The notes: generated from the sequence alone by a model not told the origin. DNA of 32,000 nt from Staphylothermus hellenicus DSM 12710 (GCF_000092465.1 NC_014205.1:1530001-1562000), one strand, 5' to 3'. Shown: positions 16,392 to 26,112, numbered from the stretch's first letter. Translations and numbers: made by a program.

Positions 16392-16994
16392 TTATAACCT
16401 GTTTTTAAACCTAATTCCATTTTTAAAATATTGTTTAAGGGTTGAAAATGCTTTTTCTACTGATCTAGCCCTGTGTGAATACTTGTTTTTCTCATCTATG
16501 CTCATTTCCCCGAATGTTTTGTTTGATCCTTCAGGTATAAATATTGGGTCGAATCCGAAGCCTTGTTCGCCACGTGGTTCCCGAGAAATTATACCACAAG
16601 TTTTCTCCAATACTGAAATTATGAATGGTTCATATATTAGGGCAACAGCGGATTTAAAACATGCTTTTCTATCAACAATGTTTTCCATAAGCTTAAGTAT
16701 ACCTGTTATACCAATAGTCTTAAATACATAGCTACTATAAGGACCTGGAAATCCTTTTAGAGCATCAATGAATAATCCTGCATCTTCTACTAGAACGGGT
16801 TTTTTAAGATTCATATAAGCATTTAGAGCAGCATGCCTTGCTATATTTAAGATATTAGAGTCCTGTATTTCGTGTTTAGGATAGTTTGATTGAACTATTA
16901 TAAAGCCGTATTTTTCAGCGATGGGTTTAGCTTCGAGTAACTTATGTTTATTTCCAGTGATGAAATATATTGGTTCTAATTGTTTATTCAACAT
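16392..16994 (-). CDS. Non-canonical purine NTP pyrophosphatase (HAM1/ITPase family)
   Basis: 200 aa. IYFITGNKHKLLEA...EDAGLFIDALKGFPGPYSSY...GFGFDPIF...SHR motifs of the Ham1/RdgB family. Confidence 0.9.
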   Translation of the reverse strand: MLNKQLEPIYFITGNKHKLLEAKPIAEKYGFIIVQSNYPKHEIQDSNILNIARHAALNAYMNLKKPVLVEDAGLFIDALKGFPGPYSSYVFKTIGITGILKLMENIVDRKACFKSAVALIYEPFIISVLEKTCGIISREPRGEQGFGFDPIFIPEGSNKTFGEMSIDEKNKYSHRARSVEKAFSTLKQYFKNGIRFKNRL

Positions 16995-17664
16995 ATGTTT
17001 CCCTCATATACTTCTTCTTCAATCTTTCTTCAACATATCTGCCTCTTAGCCTTATTTCTTCAACTCTCTCAAATACTTCTTCTGCTTTCTCTCCATAACT
17101 TGTAATGTATCCTTTTCTAAAATATTCCATGAAATAGCTTGTTTTATCAGGAACTATTGCTTGCAAACTTCTCCTTAGTAAGTGGATGTCTATGGCATAC
17201 TCTTCTATATCTCTGCTAGTTCCAGCTAATCCGAAATCTATAATGTATGTTTTTTCATCACTAGTAATGACTATATTGGCAAGTGTTAGATCTCCATGAT
17301 AAATGTTGAGCGAATGCATTAGCCCTACTTGAAAGCCTAGATCATAAGCATATTTAGCTAATTTTTTGTTTTCTAGCGAATCAATTATGTCGATAAGTTT
17401 AACTCCCTCAATATATTGCATCACTATCACATAATTGTTTAAATCAACAAGTAGAGGAGCTGGAACATTTAATCCTCGAAGATAAAGTTGTGAAAGTATT
17501 TTAGCTTCAGTTTTTGTCCTAGAATACTTGAATACCTCGTCGAATCGCGGATGTCTATATGGTTTACTAACCCTATATTTTACAATAACTTTTCTGCCAA
17601 AATATTTTCCAAGAAACAATAATGCTTCTGCTCCCTTATCCAGTGTTTTTAATTCTGTATCCAA
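16984..17664 (-). CDS. bud32: KEOPS kinase/ATPase Bud32
   Basis: 226 aa. GAEA...VIVKYR...RTKTEAKIL...HGDLTLANIV...IIDFG atypical-kinase motifs. It overlaps Kae1 by 16 nt. Confidence 0.9.
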   Translation of the reverse strand: MDTELKTLDKGAEALLFLGKYFGRKVIVKYRVSKPYRHPRFDEVFKYSRTKTEAKILSQLYLRGLNVPAPLLVDLNNYVIVMQYIEGVKLIDIIDSLENKKLAKYAYDLGFQVGLMHSLNIYHGDLTLANIVITSDEKTYIIDFGLAGTSRDIEEYAIDIHLLRRSLQAIVPDKTSYFMEYFRKGYITSYGEKAEEVFERVEEIRLRGRYVEERLKKKYMRETYVE

Positions 17665-18692
17665 GGTAGATCAACCTCGTCTAAGCGCCATCTCTGTCTA
17701 ACAAAGGCTTTCCGAGGCTCAACCATTATATTGTGTAAGTATCCTAGCAGGCCCGTATATGCTATCATAGCTCCATTATCCCCAGAATATTCCGGCGGGG
17801 TTCCAGAATATTTTGCTCCATGCAGAGAAGTCATCAATTCTAGTTTTTCTCTTAAAACTTTATTAGAAGCAACACCTCCTACTAGGAGTACTTCTTTCTT
17901 ACCAGCTAATACAAGTGATCTCTCAGCTACTTCTACTAACATGTTGAAAGCTGTTTCTCTAAGACTTAAACATATATCTCCAAGCTTCTTCTTGTTATCC
18001 CTATATTTCTTAGCTAGGATTAAAGCTGCCGTTAATAAACCTGAAAAACTTAGATCACTTCCTTTAACTGTGTAGGGTAATGGTATGAATTCATTTCCCC
18101 GCTCAGCACATATATCTACTTGGTGTTTTCCATCGACAATATATGGAGGTGCTACACCTATTTCTCTCGCGAAAGTATCTAGTAGGTTTCCTATAGGTAT
18201 ATCAAGTGTTTCGCCCAGGATACGGTATCTCTTTTTCCTCTGGATAGCGATCAATGTATTGCCGCCGGAAACATATATTATTAATGGATCTTTAAAACCT
18301 GACAAGAACTTACCTATTTCAATATGTGCTACGGCATGATTTACAGGTATCAATGGCTTATTATAATAGGAAGATAAAAACCTAGCAAGCGATGCTCCAA
18401 CCCTTAAACATGGACCTAGACCAGGTCCTAGTGCTACAGCTATTGCTGAAACATCTTTTATACTTATACCAGCTGTTCGAAGAGCACTAGTTAATACCTT
18501 AGCCGCCACCCTTGTATGATGTAGTGCTGCTTCTCTAGGATGTATACCGCCTTTTTCCGGGATGTATCTATCATATGTATTCGCTAAGATACGCGTCTCA
18601 TTAATGGAGGAAACATACTTTACTATTCCTACCCCAAAAGTGTGGCTTGTAGACTCTATTCCCAAAACTATTGTGTTTCTCATATATTCCAC
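17649..18692 (-). CDS. kae1: tRNA N6-adenosine threonylcarbamoyltransferase Kae1
   Basis: 347 aa. GIESTSHTFGVGIV...GGIHPREAALHH...VNHAVAHIE...SGGNT...GDNGAMIA of the Kae1/TsaD ASKHA fold. Confidence 0.95.
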   Translation of the reverse strand: MEYMRNTIVLGIESTSHTFGVGIVKYVSSINETRILANTYDRYIPEKGGIHPREAALHHTRVAAKVLTSALRTAGISIKDVSAIAVALGPGLGPCLRVGASLARFLSSYYNKPLIPVNHAVAHIEIGKFLSGFKDPLIIYVSGGNTLIAIQRKKRYRILGETLDIPIGNLLDTFAREIGVAPPYIVDGKHQVDICAERGNEFIPLPYTVKGSDLSFSGLLTAALILAKKYRDNKKKLGDICLSLRETAFNMLVEVAERSLVLAGKKEVLLVGGVASNKVLREKLELMTSLHGAKYSGTPPEYSGDNGAMIAYTGLLGYLHNIMVEPRKAFVRQRWRLDEVDLPWIQN

Positions 18693-18756
18693 ACTAGTTG
18701 TTCCCGTATTAAAATATGTGAATTATTTATTTCTCGGTTAAAACAATGTATGCTAT

Positions 18757-18921
18757 TTATTCCTGTACATATTCTACATATCCACATTTACCGCAGTGCC
18801 ATCTAGGCACAGGTTTCTTGTGGAACGCCATAAAGCTACCGCATTTGGGGCATTTCTTGTTTTTAGGCTTTATTGTTCCAGTCTTATAGTCGAATATATA
18901 GAGTTTATGGACGTACGCCAC
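18757..18921 (-). CDS. rps27ae: 30S ribosomal protein S27ae (eS31); not in the ORF track (54 codons, GTG start)
   Basis: Hand translation of the minus strand gives [54 protein letters not shown]. It has a CxxC...CxxC zinc ribbon and the KNKKCP.CG.FMA.H signature. The start lies 5 nt after the S24e stop. Confidence 0.85.
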   Translation of the reverse strand: MAYVHKLYIFDYKTGTIKPKNKKCPKCGSFMAFHKKPVPRWHCGKCGYVEYVQE

Positions 18922-18926
18922 TTAGC

Positions 18927-19319
18927 TCACCCCATTCCTTGTTCTTTCATCATTTGTTCTAATTGATAAGATTGAGAAGCATATTCGTTTCTCCTAATAA
19001 TATGTGGGGGTTCGAATTGTTTTGCTCTCTCAACGCTGTCATATATATGTATTGTAGCATTTGAAACTCCTAATCCATACTCTGTATTGATTCCTCGAAC
19101 ATAGACCTTCTCGGCTTCTACGCCATATATTTTAGCGGTTTCATGCCTGATAAGGCCTCTTGAAGGAGTACTTTTTCCTATATGAGCTATTCTGATAACT
19201 ACTTCTCTCCTTTTAACTAGGGGGTTGTATCTATCAACAACTATTTCTCCCGTAAATTCTCCGATCTTGACTGTTTTGCCCACTGCTATGCACGCTCCCC
19301 AATATTGTTTTTTTCTCAA
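18927..19319 (-). CDS. rps24e: 30S ribosomal protein S24e (eS24)
   Basis: 130 aa. NPLVKRREVVIRIAHIGKSTPSR...EPPHIIRRN is diagnostic. Confidence 0.9.
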   Translation of the reverse strand: MRKKQYWGACIAVGKTVKIGEFTGEIVVDRYNPLVKRREVVIRIAHIGKSTPSRGLIRHETAKIYGVEAEKVYVRGINTEYGLGVSNATIHIYDSVERAKQFEPPHIIRRNEYASQSYQLEQMMKEQGMG

Positions 19320-19331
19320 ATACTTTTATTT

Positions 19332-19814
19332 CTAGACCTTATTATAGACAACTATATCTGGTTTAAATGTTTTAAGTATTCTTAATGCTTTGAAACGATT
19401 ATTTTTAATAATGACTACACCTATATCTGGTTGTCCATAAGCTATACTTGTTTCGTTATTTTCTAGTGCATAAGCTAGTGTGACTAGATCCTCTTCTCCT
19501 TTAACGATTATTGTTCTATATTTTTTTGCTTTAGCAATAGTTCTAGACATTAAGCTCATAGTTCCTCTAGGATTAACCAGGTTTGCAAGGGGTTTTTTAA
19601 TGATGGATTTAATATTTATGCGTCTACGTGTTTTATAATCTATTATTCTTATATTTCCTCTTAATGTATTCGAAACAATATCTCCAACTAAAATATGAGC
19701 TTCAAGATCTTTTATAGGGTATTTACCAATATATAATGTGCCTTGAGGACTGCAGAGAATTTTTCTTAGATAAGACTCTGGTTTTAGAACTGGGATAATG
19801 AATTTATTCTTCAT
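19332..19814 (-). CDS. GTP-dependent dephospho-CoA kinase (DUF359/COG1909 family)
   Basis: 160 aa. The VGDIVSNTL...IIDYKTRR motif matches the family. Conserved position between Spt4 and S24e. Confidence 0.75.
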   Translation of the reverse strand: MKNKFIIPVLKPESYLRKILCSPQGTLYIGKYPIKDLEAHILVGDIVSNTLRGNIRIIDYKTRRRINIKSIIKKPLANLVNPRGTMSLMSRTIAKAKKYRTIIVKGEEDLVTLAYALENNETSIAYGQPDIGVVIIKNNRFKALRILKTFKPDIVVYNKV

Positions 19815-19823
19815 TGTTGATCA

Positions 19824-20030
19824 TTAGGTTACCTTTATAGCGTATCTACCGGGCTTTGTGAACCCTAGTATTTTGGCTATTTCAGAGTTCTCCGGATCTA
19901 TTACGATGATTATTCCCTCCCAATCTTCTGTTAAATCTCTCGAGCCACAATGTGGGCATTCAGTAGCATTTTTATCGACTAATGCTCTACATTTCCTACA
20001 TGCTTTGAAAGGCTTTCTTCTTGCAGGCAT
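19824..20030 (-). CDS. spt4: Transcription elongation factor Spt4 (RpoE'')
   Basis: 68 aa. Zinc ribbon CRKC...CPHCG followed by the DWEGIIIVIDPENSEIAK motif. Confidence 0.9.
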   Translation of the reverse strand: MPARRKPFKACRKCRALVDKNATECPHCGSRDLTEDWEGIIIVIDPENSEIAKILGFTKPGRYAIKVT

Positions 20031-20035
20031 TTCTA

Positions 20036-20593
20036 TCAGCTCTTCTTTTGTTTTTCAATTTCTTTCTTAATCCATTCTATTTTTCCGAGAAATGGTTGTC
20101 TCATAGTTAATTGCACTCTTAATCCCTTACCTGGTAGTGGAGCTACATTGTATACTCTAGCTCTAACAGCATCTCCTCTTTCAAGCATTCTCCGCGATTC
20201 TCTAAGTATTAGCGCTGGTCTTGTTGGATCATAATCTATTTTTTCATCGCTTATTTGATTAATATATATGAATCCGTCTGATGCACCTAGATCAACGAAA
20301 GCTCCATGTGCTAGAACAGTATTTATTCTTCCCTCTACAACTTCTTTAATAAATGGGTAGAATGCTAGAACAGTGAATTCTGCTTTATGATATGTTGCGC
20401 CGTCGCCGGGTATTATTTTACCCTGCGGATCAACGTTTACGTCTAGAACAGTAACAATAATGCCTAGGTTTTTAGTGATCATTCCTTCATATGTCTGTCT
20501 CAGCTCTTCCCATGCTGCTTCCTCTAATGGTTTACTGAATTTTTCCGGAGGAATTCTTACGACGTCCCTTATCCTATATAGTCTGTAAACCAT
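20036..20593 (-). CDS. rpoE: RNA polymerase subunit Rpo7 (RpoE')
   Basis: 185 aa. N-terminal RPB7 fold (VVRIPPEKF...) and a C-terminal S1 domain (AHGAFVDLG). Confidence 0.9.
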   Translation of the reverse strand: MVYRLYRIRDVVRIPPEKFSKPLEEAAWEELRQTYEGMITKNLGIIVTVLDVNVDPQGKIIPGDGATYHKAEFTVLAFYPFIKEVVEGRINTVLAHGAFVDLGASDGFIYINQISDEKIDYDPTRPALILRESRRMLERGDAVRARVYNVAPLPGKGLRVQLTMRQPFLGKIEWIKKEIEKQKKS

Positions 20594-20705
20594 TTTCTAG
20601 CACCGTTAACGCTGTATAAGCATCCACATGAAACAATATTCGCTGATTCATACATAAATAGTGTTTCCACCTAATATTCTTAGCTATTATAGCATCAATA
20701 TTAAT

Positions 20706-21116
20706 CTATACTTCTAAGCCTTCAACCTCTATAATCATACCTTCTTCTCTAAGATAGATCTCTGGAATACCTATTTCTCGCAACTTTTTCCTCAGTTCTC
20801 TATCATTAGTTGCTACTGCAGCATTGTTTTCCGCAGCATACCTGATAAGTAGATCATCTACTTTTTCCCCCGGCCTTGTTTTGATGTCTACTATTTTACA
20901 GAATTTTCTAGCAATTTCTAGTGCGAATCCTGCTTTTCTACGAAGAGACGGGGTTCCTTTGTTCATTATTTTTTCTAGTTCCTCAATGACCGGTTTTAAA
21001 ACTATATATTCTGGTTTTGCCAAGGTTTTTTCTTCTATTTGTTCAAAAACGTTGATTCCGTTGGCAATTAATAGTAGCATATTTGTATCTAGTAGAATCA
21101 ATGGCTTCCTAGGCAA
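20706..21116 (-). CDS. PIN-domain protein (Fcf1/Utp24-like, COG1412)
   Basis: 136 aa. LLDTNMLL N-terminal acidic motif and ATNDRELRKKL near the C-terminus. Conserved neighbour of aIF2-gamma and Rpo7. Confidence 0.8.
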   Translation of the reverse strand: MPRKPLILLDTNMLLLIANGINVFEQIEEKTLAKPEYIVLKPVIEELEKIMNKGTPSLRRKAGFALEIARKFCKIVDIKTRPGEKVDDLLIRYAAENNAAVATNDRELRKKLREIGIPEIYLREEGMIIEVEGLEV

Positions 21117-21135
21117 TGTGTTTAAGACCTCGTTT

Positions 21136-22389
21136 CTAGCTTGATGCTTCTTCTACTATACCCCATCCAGCCAGTCTCCATCTTCCAAGAACTCTTCTAC
21201 TAATAGCTATTCTGGAGCCTTCCCATGCAACGATTGGTTCTCTAAGATTTATTTCTATAGTATCGCTTGTTACATTACGAACTATTCCTACACGAATAGC
21301 TGTACCTGCTGTTATAACAACAACTTCTCCCCTACTAATCGGTTTGGTTTTGATCATTTCCTTCATTCCAACGACTCTTTGCAGAAGCTTGTAGCGAGCC
21401 TTGATATGGGATGTGACAGGTGGTAGATGACCTGGTTTTCCAACTATATTACCTATTAATGCATCTGATTTTGTAAGTGATGGATCAAGCTTTGTCCCTA
21501 TAGCTAGTAATCCCCCCGGCTTAGCTTCTTTAACACTTAAATTACCAAATTTTAAACTAACTACTTCGCTAATAATTGGTTCATATCTATATCTACCCTT
21601 ACCCGACCCTATAGGTACTCTTATTCCAGGCCTAATCTCGATTTCATCTCCTACTCGTATAACACCCTGCATTAATGAGCCTCCAATTACTCCTCCTTTT
21701 AAATCCTCTGGTTTTGTTCCCGGTTTGTTTACGTCAAAGCTTCTAGCTACATACATTAATGGAGGTTTAGATAAGTCTCTCTTAGGAGTCGGTATTTCTT
21801 CCTGCATTGCTTGTAGTAAAGCATCTATGTTGGCCTTATGTAACGCACTAACTGGGATTGTTGGCGCGTTTTCAGCCCATGTTTCCTTTACAAATTTCTT
21901 TATTTCCCTATAGTTTTCCAGTGCTCTTTCCTTAGATACTACATCTATTTTGTTCTGAACAATTACTAGGTTTCTAACACCTATTATATCGAGTGCTACG
22001 AAGTGTTCTAGTGTCTGGGGCTGTGGACAGGGCTCATTAGCTGCTATTACAAGTAATGCTCCATCCATTAATGCTGCTCCACTAAGCATAGTTGCCATTA
22101 AAGCTTCGTGTCCTGGTGCATCAACGTAGCTGACTCTTCTCAGAAGTTTTGATTCTGAGCCATCTGGGCATGTTTGTTCAGTAGTGTATGCTTCGGGGGG
22201 TTCTAGGTTTTCACAGCATGCTATATTTCCATCAGCGTATCCTAAACGAATAGTCATCCCTCTTTTCAATTCTTCGCTGTGCCTAGCAGTCCATATACCT
22301 GTTAATGCTTGTACAAGAGTTGTCTTACCATGATCAACATGTCCTACAACACCAATGTTTACTTCAGGTTGTCTCATCTCCCAAGGCAA
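21136..22389 (-). CDS. eif2g: Translation initiation factor aIF2 gamma
   Basis: 417 aa. GHVDHGKTT, DAPGHE, QNKID GTPase motifs and the cysteine knuckle region typical of aIF2-gamma. Confidence 0.95.
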   Translation of the reverse strand: MPWEMRQPEVNIGVVGHVDHGKTTLVQALTGIWTARHSEELKRGMTIRLGYADGNIACCENLEPPEAYTTEQTCPDGSESKLLRRVSYVDAPGHEALMATMLSGAALMDGALLVIAANEPCPQPQTLEHFVALDIIGVRNLVIVQNKIDVVSKERALENYREIKKFVKETWAENAPTIPVSALHKANIDALLQAMQEEIPTPKRDLSKPPLMYVARSFDVNKPGTKPEDLKGGVIGGSLMQGVIRVGDEIEIRPGIRVPIGSGKGRYRYEPIISEVVSLKFGNLSVKEAKPGGLLAIGTKLDPSLTKSDALIGNIVGKPGHLPPVTSHIKARYKLLQRVVGMKEMIKTKPISRGEVVVITAGTAIRVGIVRNVTSDTIEINLREPIVAWEGSRIAISRRVLGRWRLAGWGIVEEASS

Positions 22390-22470
22390 TATTCATATAC
22401 ACCTCCAAATCAATGATACGGGAAAAATATTGGAAAACAAAACAATGCTCTTTAATAAATAATATCATTC

Positions 22471-23121
22471 TTAAACATATTTAATTACTGTATTGATCTG
22501 GACAATATCTTCGGTAATAGTGTTTCCGCGAACCATTTTTCTCCTACGTTCTCCCTTCTCTCTCGGATGGAAGCCTGGAGGACCAGATAATAATACTCTC
22601 TTCTTCACGCCGCCCATTACATCTGGTCTCATCGGGAAGCCGCTATTATCGCTTCCACCTCTTATTTTTAATTTAGCGTTTCTAAGTCCTACTATTGAAC
22701 CATCAAATTCGTCTCCAATTTTTAATCCTATAAGTAATTTTGTCCTATCATCATTTATTCTAATCTGCCATGCTCTAGCTCTGAAGAGTTCTCCCTCCAA
22801 CTCGTTCGTACCAGTCGCATTAACTAGTTGTTCAGCATTCACTCTAACCTCATTTTCTGGGATGTTATCGTCCACGACAACTCTGCCGGTAATCTTAACT
22901 TTATCTTTAGTGCCGGGCTTATACATTCTTATAGTTGCTACACCATGAACTGCTTTTATTTTCTCAGCTGTTTTACTATTCATTTTCAATATTGGCAGTT
23001 CGAATCCTTCCTTCACTTTCTCATCAAACTTTATCTCGGGATCTCCAACTACTCTAACTTTTACTGCGGCTTCTTCTTTTGGAGCCTGGGGATCGGATAT
23101 TACTATTTTGAAATCAGCCAT
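22471..23121 (-). CDS. rps6e: 30S ribosomal protein S6e (eS6)
   Basis: 216 aa. KLKIRGGSDNSGFPMRPDV...GERRRKMVRGN is diagnostic. Confidence 0.93.
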   Translation of the reverse strand: MADFKIVISDPQAPKEEAAVKVRVVGDPEIKFDEKVKEGFELPILKMNSKTAEKIKAVHGVATIRMYKPGTKDKVKITGRVVVDDNIPENEVRVNAEQLVNATGTNELEGELFRARAWQIRINDDRTKLLIGLKIGDEFDGSIVGLRNAKLKIRGGSDNSGFPMRPDVMGGVKKRVLLSGPPGFHPREKGERRRKMVRGNTITEDIVQINTVIKYV

Positions 23122-23183
23122 CTATATACACCTCGCCACCAGTTTCCCGGTGGATACCGTGTTATATGGGGACTGAAACATAT

Positions 23184-23203
23184 AACATTGCTTTTGCAAT
23201 GTT
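23184..23203. repeat. 8-bp perfect palindromic hairpin in the S6e/aIF5B divergent spacer
   Basis: aacattgc-tttt-gcaatgtt, read directly. It lies 63-82 nt upstream of the S6e start. Confidence 0.5.
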
Positions 23204-23286
23204 TAATATATTTTGTTTCATCATAGCTTTTATATATGTTTTGTCTAGCCATGGTGTTTGATGATGAAATATGGGCCCGCGTCTGA

Positions 23287-23350
23287 TATGTAGGGGTAGG
23301 GTAGAGCCTGTTTAAGCACTGAACTGATTTAATATTTCTACCCCTACATA
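23287..23350. repeat. 13-bp perfect inverted repeat enclosing a 38-nt loop, in a relatively GC-rich patch (candidate structured RNA; function unknown)
   Basis: tatgtaggggtag (23287-23299) pairs with ctacccctacata (23338-23350). It is preceded by ATGATGA (23261-23267) and CTGA (23283-23286). Confidence 0.45.
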
Positions 23351-23520
23351 GTATTCCACAATTATTTATTAACCATTGCTTTAAAGGTTCCTATAGTTTT
23401 CGAATAAGTGTTGGATATGAGAAATTGATAATGTATGGCTTGAATAAAGCATTTATTATTCATGGTATATGCGGTAATTTCAATAAGTAACCAAACCATA
23501 AATAGAAATAAGTATTTAGG

Positions 23521-25362
23521 GTGGGAAAGATGAGTAATGATGTAAGTAATGTAGATTCTAGAAAATCATGGATTAGGCAGCCAATAGTTGTTGTGCTGGG
23601 ACATGTTGATCATGGTAAGACAACTCTGCTAGACAAGATTAGGGGAACAGCTGTTACTAAGAAAGAACCAGGCGAGATAACCCAGCATGTTGGAGCAAGT
23701 ATTGTTCCAGCATCTGTTCTTAGAAAAGTCGCGGAGCCATTGAAAAAATATTTTCCAAAGGTTAAAATAGAAATTCCCGGACTATTATTTGTTGATACTC
23801 CGGGACACGAATTATTCAGTAATCTTAGGAGAAGAGGAGGTAGTGTAGCTGATATAGCAATACTAGTAGTAGATATAATGGAAGGATTCAAGCCGCAAAC
23901 ATGGGAAAGCATACAGATACTGAAAGAAAGAAAAGTCCCCTTCATAGTAGCAGCTAATAAAATAGATAGAATCCCGGGCTGGAAATCCAACCCTGATCAA
24001 CCATTCTTAGAAACTATAAGAAAACAAAGCCCACACATTGTTAACAGGCTCGAAGAACTAATATATAGGCTTATCTCTCAACTCTATGAAGCAGGATTTA
24101 TGGCTGAAAGATTTGATAGAGTAAAAGATTTTAGAACAACAGTGGCAATAGTGCCTGTATCAGCTAAAACAGGCGAAGGCGTTCCAGAACTACTAGCTCT
24201 ACTAACTGGTCTTGTCCAGAGATTTATGAAGAAAAGACTAGTTACAAGCGATGAACCCGGTAAGGGTGTTGTTTTAGAGGTTAAAGAAGAACCTGGTCTT
24301 GGAACAACAATAGATGTAATCATATATGATGGTGTAATACATAGGGGGGACACAATTGTTGTTGGAGGCAAAGATAAACCAATAGTTACAAAAGTAAGAG
24401 CATTGTTAATGCCTAGACCACTACAAGATATGAGAGCACATGAAGGAAAATTTGTTAGTGTTGAACAAGTAGTTGCTGCTACAGGTGTAAAGATTTCAGC
24501 TCCAGACCTAGATGATGCGCTTGCTGGCTCACCAATATTCGTTGTTTCCTCAGAGGATAAGTTAGAGGAGTATATTAAACTTGTGAGAGAAGAAATAGAG
24601 TCCATTAGAATAAAGACAGACAACATAGGTGTTGTAGTAAAAGCTGATACTCTAGGAACACTAGAAGCAGTTGTTGAAGCTTTGAAGAGAGAAAACATAC
24701 CAGTTAGACTAGCAGATGTTGGCCCTGTTTCTAAAAATGATGTTCTAGAAGCTTCTGTTTCTGAAAAACAAAGACCTGAATATGGAGTCATAATAGTTTT
24801 CAACGTTAAAGTACTACATGAAGCCGAAGAATACGCTGCTAGAGAAAACGTTAAGATCTTTAGACACAATATTATCTATAAACTTATAGAAGACTATATT
24901 GGATGGGTTAAACAGCTTCGCGAACAAGAAAAAGCTAAGGAGCTAGAATCTCTTATTAGACCAGGTAAAATACGTATATTGCCAGGCTATATTTTCAGAA
25001 GAAGCAACCCTGCAATTGTCGGGGTAGAAGTTATTGGTGGAGTTATAAAGCCGGGATATCCGTTGATGAGAAAAGACGGTATGAGACTGGGCACAATTAT
25101 GCAAATACGTGATAGAGATAATGTATTAAAAGAAGCACGTACAGGTCAAGCGGTCGCTATAAGTATCCGCGGCAGAATACTTGTGGGAAGACATGTTGAT
25201 GAAGGAGACATATTATATACTGATATACCTAAACAACACGCACATTTATGGCTTACAAAATACAAAAATGAATTAAGCGATGACGAGAAAATGGTTCTTA
25301 AAGAAATAATTGAGATCAAAAAGAAACAAGATCCGTTCTACGGCTTAGTATTTGGTGGCTGA
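23521..25362 (+). CDS. infB: Translation initiation factor aIF5B (IF2 homolog)
   Basis: 613 aa. GHVDHGKTTLLD, DTPGHE, ANKID. The ATG at 23530 is an alternative to the GTG at 23521. Confidence 0.95.
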   Translation: MGKMSNDVSNVDSRKSWIRQPIVVVLGHVDHGKTTLLDKIRGTAVTKKEPGEITQHVGASIVPASVLRKVAEPLKKYFPKVKIEIPGLLFVDTPGHELFSNLRRRGGSVADIAILVVDIMEGFKPQTWESIQILKERKVPFIVAANKIDRIPGWKSNPDQPFLETIRKQSPHIVNRLEELIYRLISQLYEAGFMAERFDRVKDFRTTVAIVPVSAKTGEGVPELLALLTGLVQRFMKKRLVTSDEPGKGVVLEVKEEPGLGTTIDVIIYDGVIHRGDTIVVGGKDKPIVTKVRALLMPRPLQDMRAHEGKFVSVEQVVAATGVKISAPDLDDALAGSPIFVVSSEDKLEEYIKLVREEIESIRIKTDNIGVVVKADTLGTLEAVVEALKRENIPVRLADVGPVSKNDVLEASVSEKQRPEYGVIIVFNVKVLHEAEEYAARENVKIFRHNIIYKLIEDYIGWVKQLREQEKAKELESLIRPGKIRILPGYIFRRSNPAIVGVEVIGGVIKPGYPLMRKDGMRLGTIMQIRDRDNVLKEARTGQAVAISIRGRILVGRHVDEGDILYTDIPKQHAHLWLTKYKNELSDDEKMVLKEIIEIKKKQDPFYGLVFGG

Positions 25363-25372
25363 ATATAATTAT

Positions 25373-25798
25373 TTACCAATCTATTATTTCATCATCCTTA
25401 AAAATAACTCCTATCTCTCTCACAGCGCTCTCAGGGCTATCACTTGCATGAACAACATTTTGGGATTTAGATAATGAATAGTCGCCGCGAATAGTTCCAG
25501 GAGGAGCTTCTCTACCATCTGTTGGCCCAATCATTTTCCTAACAACACTAATAGCCATATCACCCTCGAGAACCATAGCGATAATGGGTCCCGAAGTCAT
25601 AAACTCTATTAGGGACTCGAAGAAAGGTTTTCCTCTATGAACACTATAGAATTCCTCGGCTTTGTCTCTTGTAAGCCAAAGCATTTTTAATGCTTTAATC
25701 TTTAAGCCTTTCCTTTCAAATCTAGATATGATTTCTCCAATTAATCCTCTCCTAACACCATCTGGTTTTATTAGAACAAGAGTTCTCTCAATACTCAA
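25373..25798 (-). CDS. ndk: Nucleoside diphosphate kinase
   Basis: 141 aa. [25 protein letters not shown]...NVVHASDS, including the active-site His. Confidence 0.95.
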   Translation of the reverse strand: MSIERTLVLIKPDGVRRGLIGEIISRFERKGLKIKALKMLWLTRDKAEEFYSVHRGKPFFESLIEFMTSGPIIAMVLEGDMAISVVRKMIGPTDGREAPPGTIRGDYSLSKSQNVVHASDSPESAVREIGVIFKDDEIIDW

Positions 25799-25819
25799 TC
25801 TTGATCACTCCATCATTAA

Positions 25820-26035
25820 TTATTTGGTTTGCGAACCATATTTAAGCGTCCATTTCAGTTTTCTAGGATCTCTTCTCAGCAATAAATAGTTCTTGAAACA
25901 TTTACGACTACAAAACCATAGTATAGAGCCGTCATTCCTTACATACATTACTCCTGTTCCAGGCTCTATTTCGCGTCCACAAAAACTACATTTTACCATG
26001 CGAGGCATTGTTTTCTCCACCACTCCATAAAGCAT
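25820..26035 (-). CDS. rpl24e: 50S ribosomal protein L24e (eL24)
   Basis: [31 protein letters not shown] is diagnostic. The family N-termini suggest the internal ATG at 26008 (MPRMVKC...) may be the true start. Confidence 0.93.
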   Translation of the reverse strand: MLYGVVEKTMPRMVKCSFCGREIEPGTGVMYVRNDGSILWFCSRKCFKNYLLLRRDPRKLKWTLKYGSQTK

Positions 26036-26100
26036 TCATTGTCTACAGTATTTCACTATCGGGAAATACAATTGTAGAGTATTTTAAGTTTTATCGTAAA

Positions 26101-26112
26101 CCTTATAAAAAC
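26101..26112. promoter_or_regulatory. Candidate bidirectional TATA element between the divergent L24e and S28e genes
   Basis: ccTTATAAAAAc reads as a TATA-like box on both strands. It lies about 70-100 nt from either start codon. The only evidence is sequence resemblance to archaeal TATA boxes. Confidence 0.35.

Noticed and set aside
23261-23327. Canonical box C/D sRNA starting at ATGATGA 23261
   Set aside because: The spacer to the first CTGA is 15 nt rather than about 12. No acceptable C' box precedes either downstream CTGA (23319, 23324) at a 10-13-nt distance. It is kept only as part of the 'unexplained structured patch' finding.
23287-23353. H/ACA sRNA interpretation of the 13-bp inverted repeat (an 8-bp lower stem aggggtag/ctacccct followed directly by ACA)
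   Set aside because: I could not fold the 38-nt interior into an upper stem with a K-turn/K-loop and a two-sided pseudouridylation pocket. The ACA alone is not enough.
24084-24869. 261-aa minus-strand ORF antisense to aIF5B
   Set aside because: It is Ser/Thr/Leu-rich and low in complexity, it lies entirely inside a confidently identified gene, and it has no recognisable motif. This is a typical shadow ORF opposite purine-rich codons.
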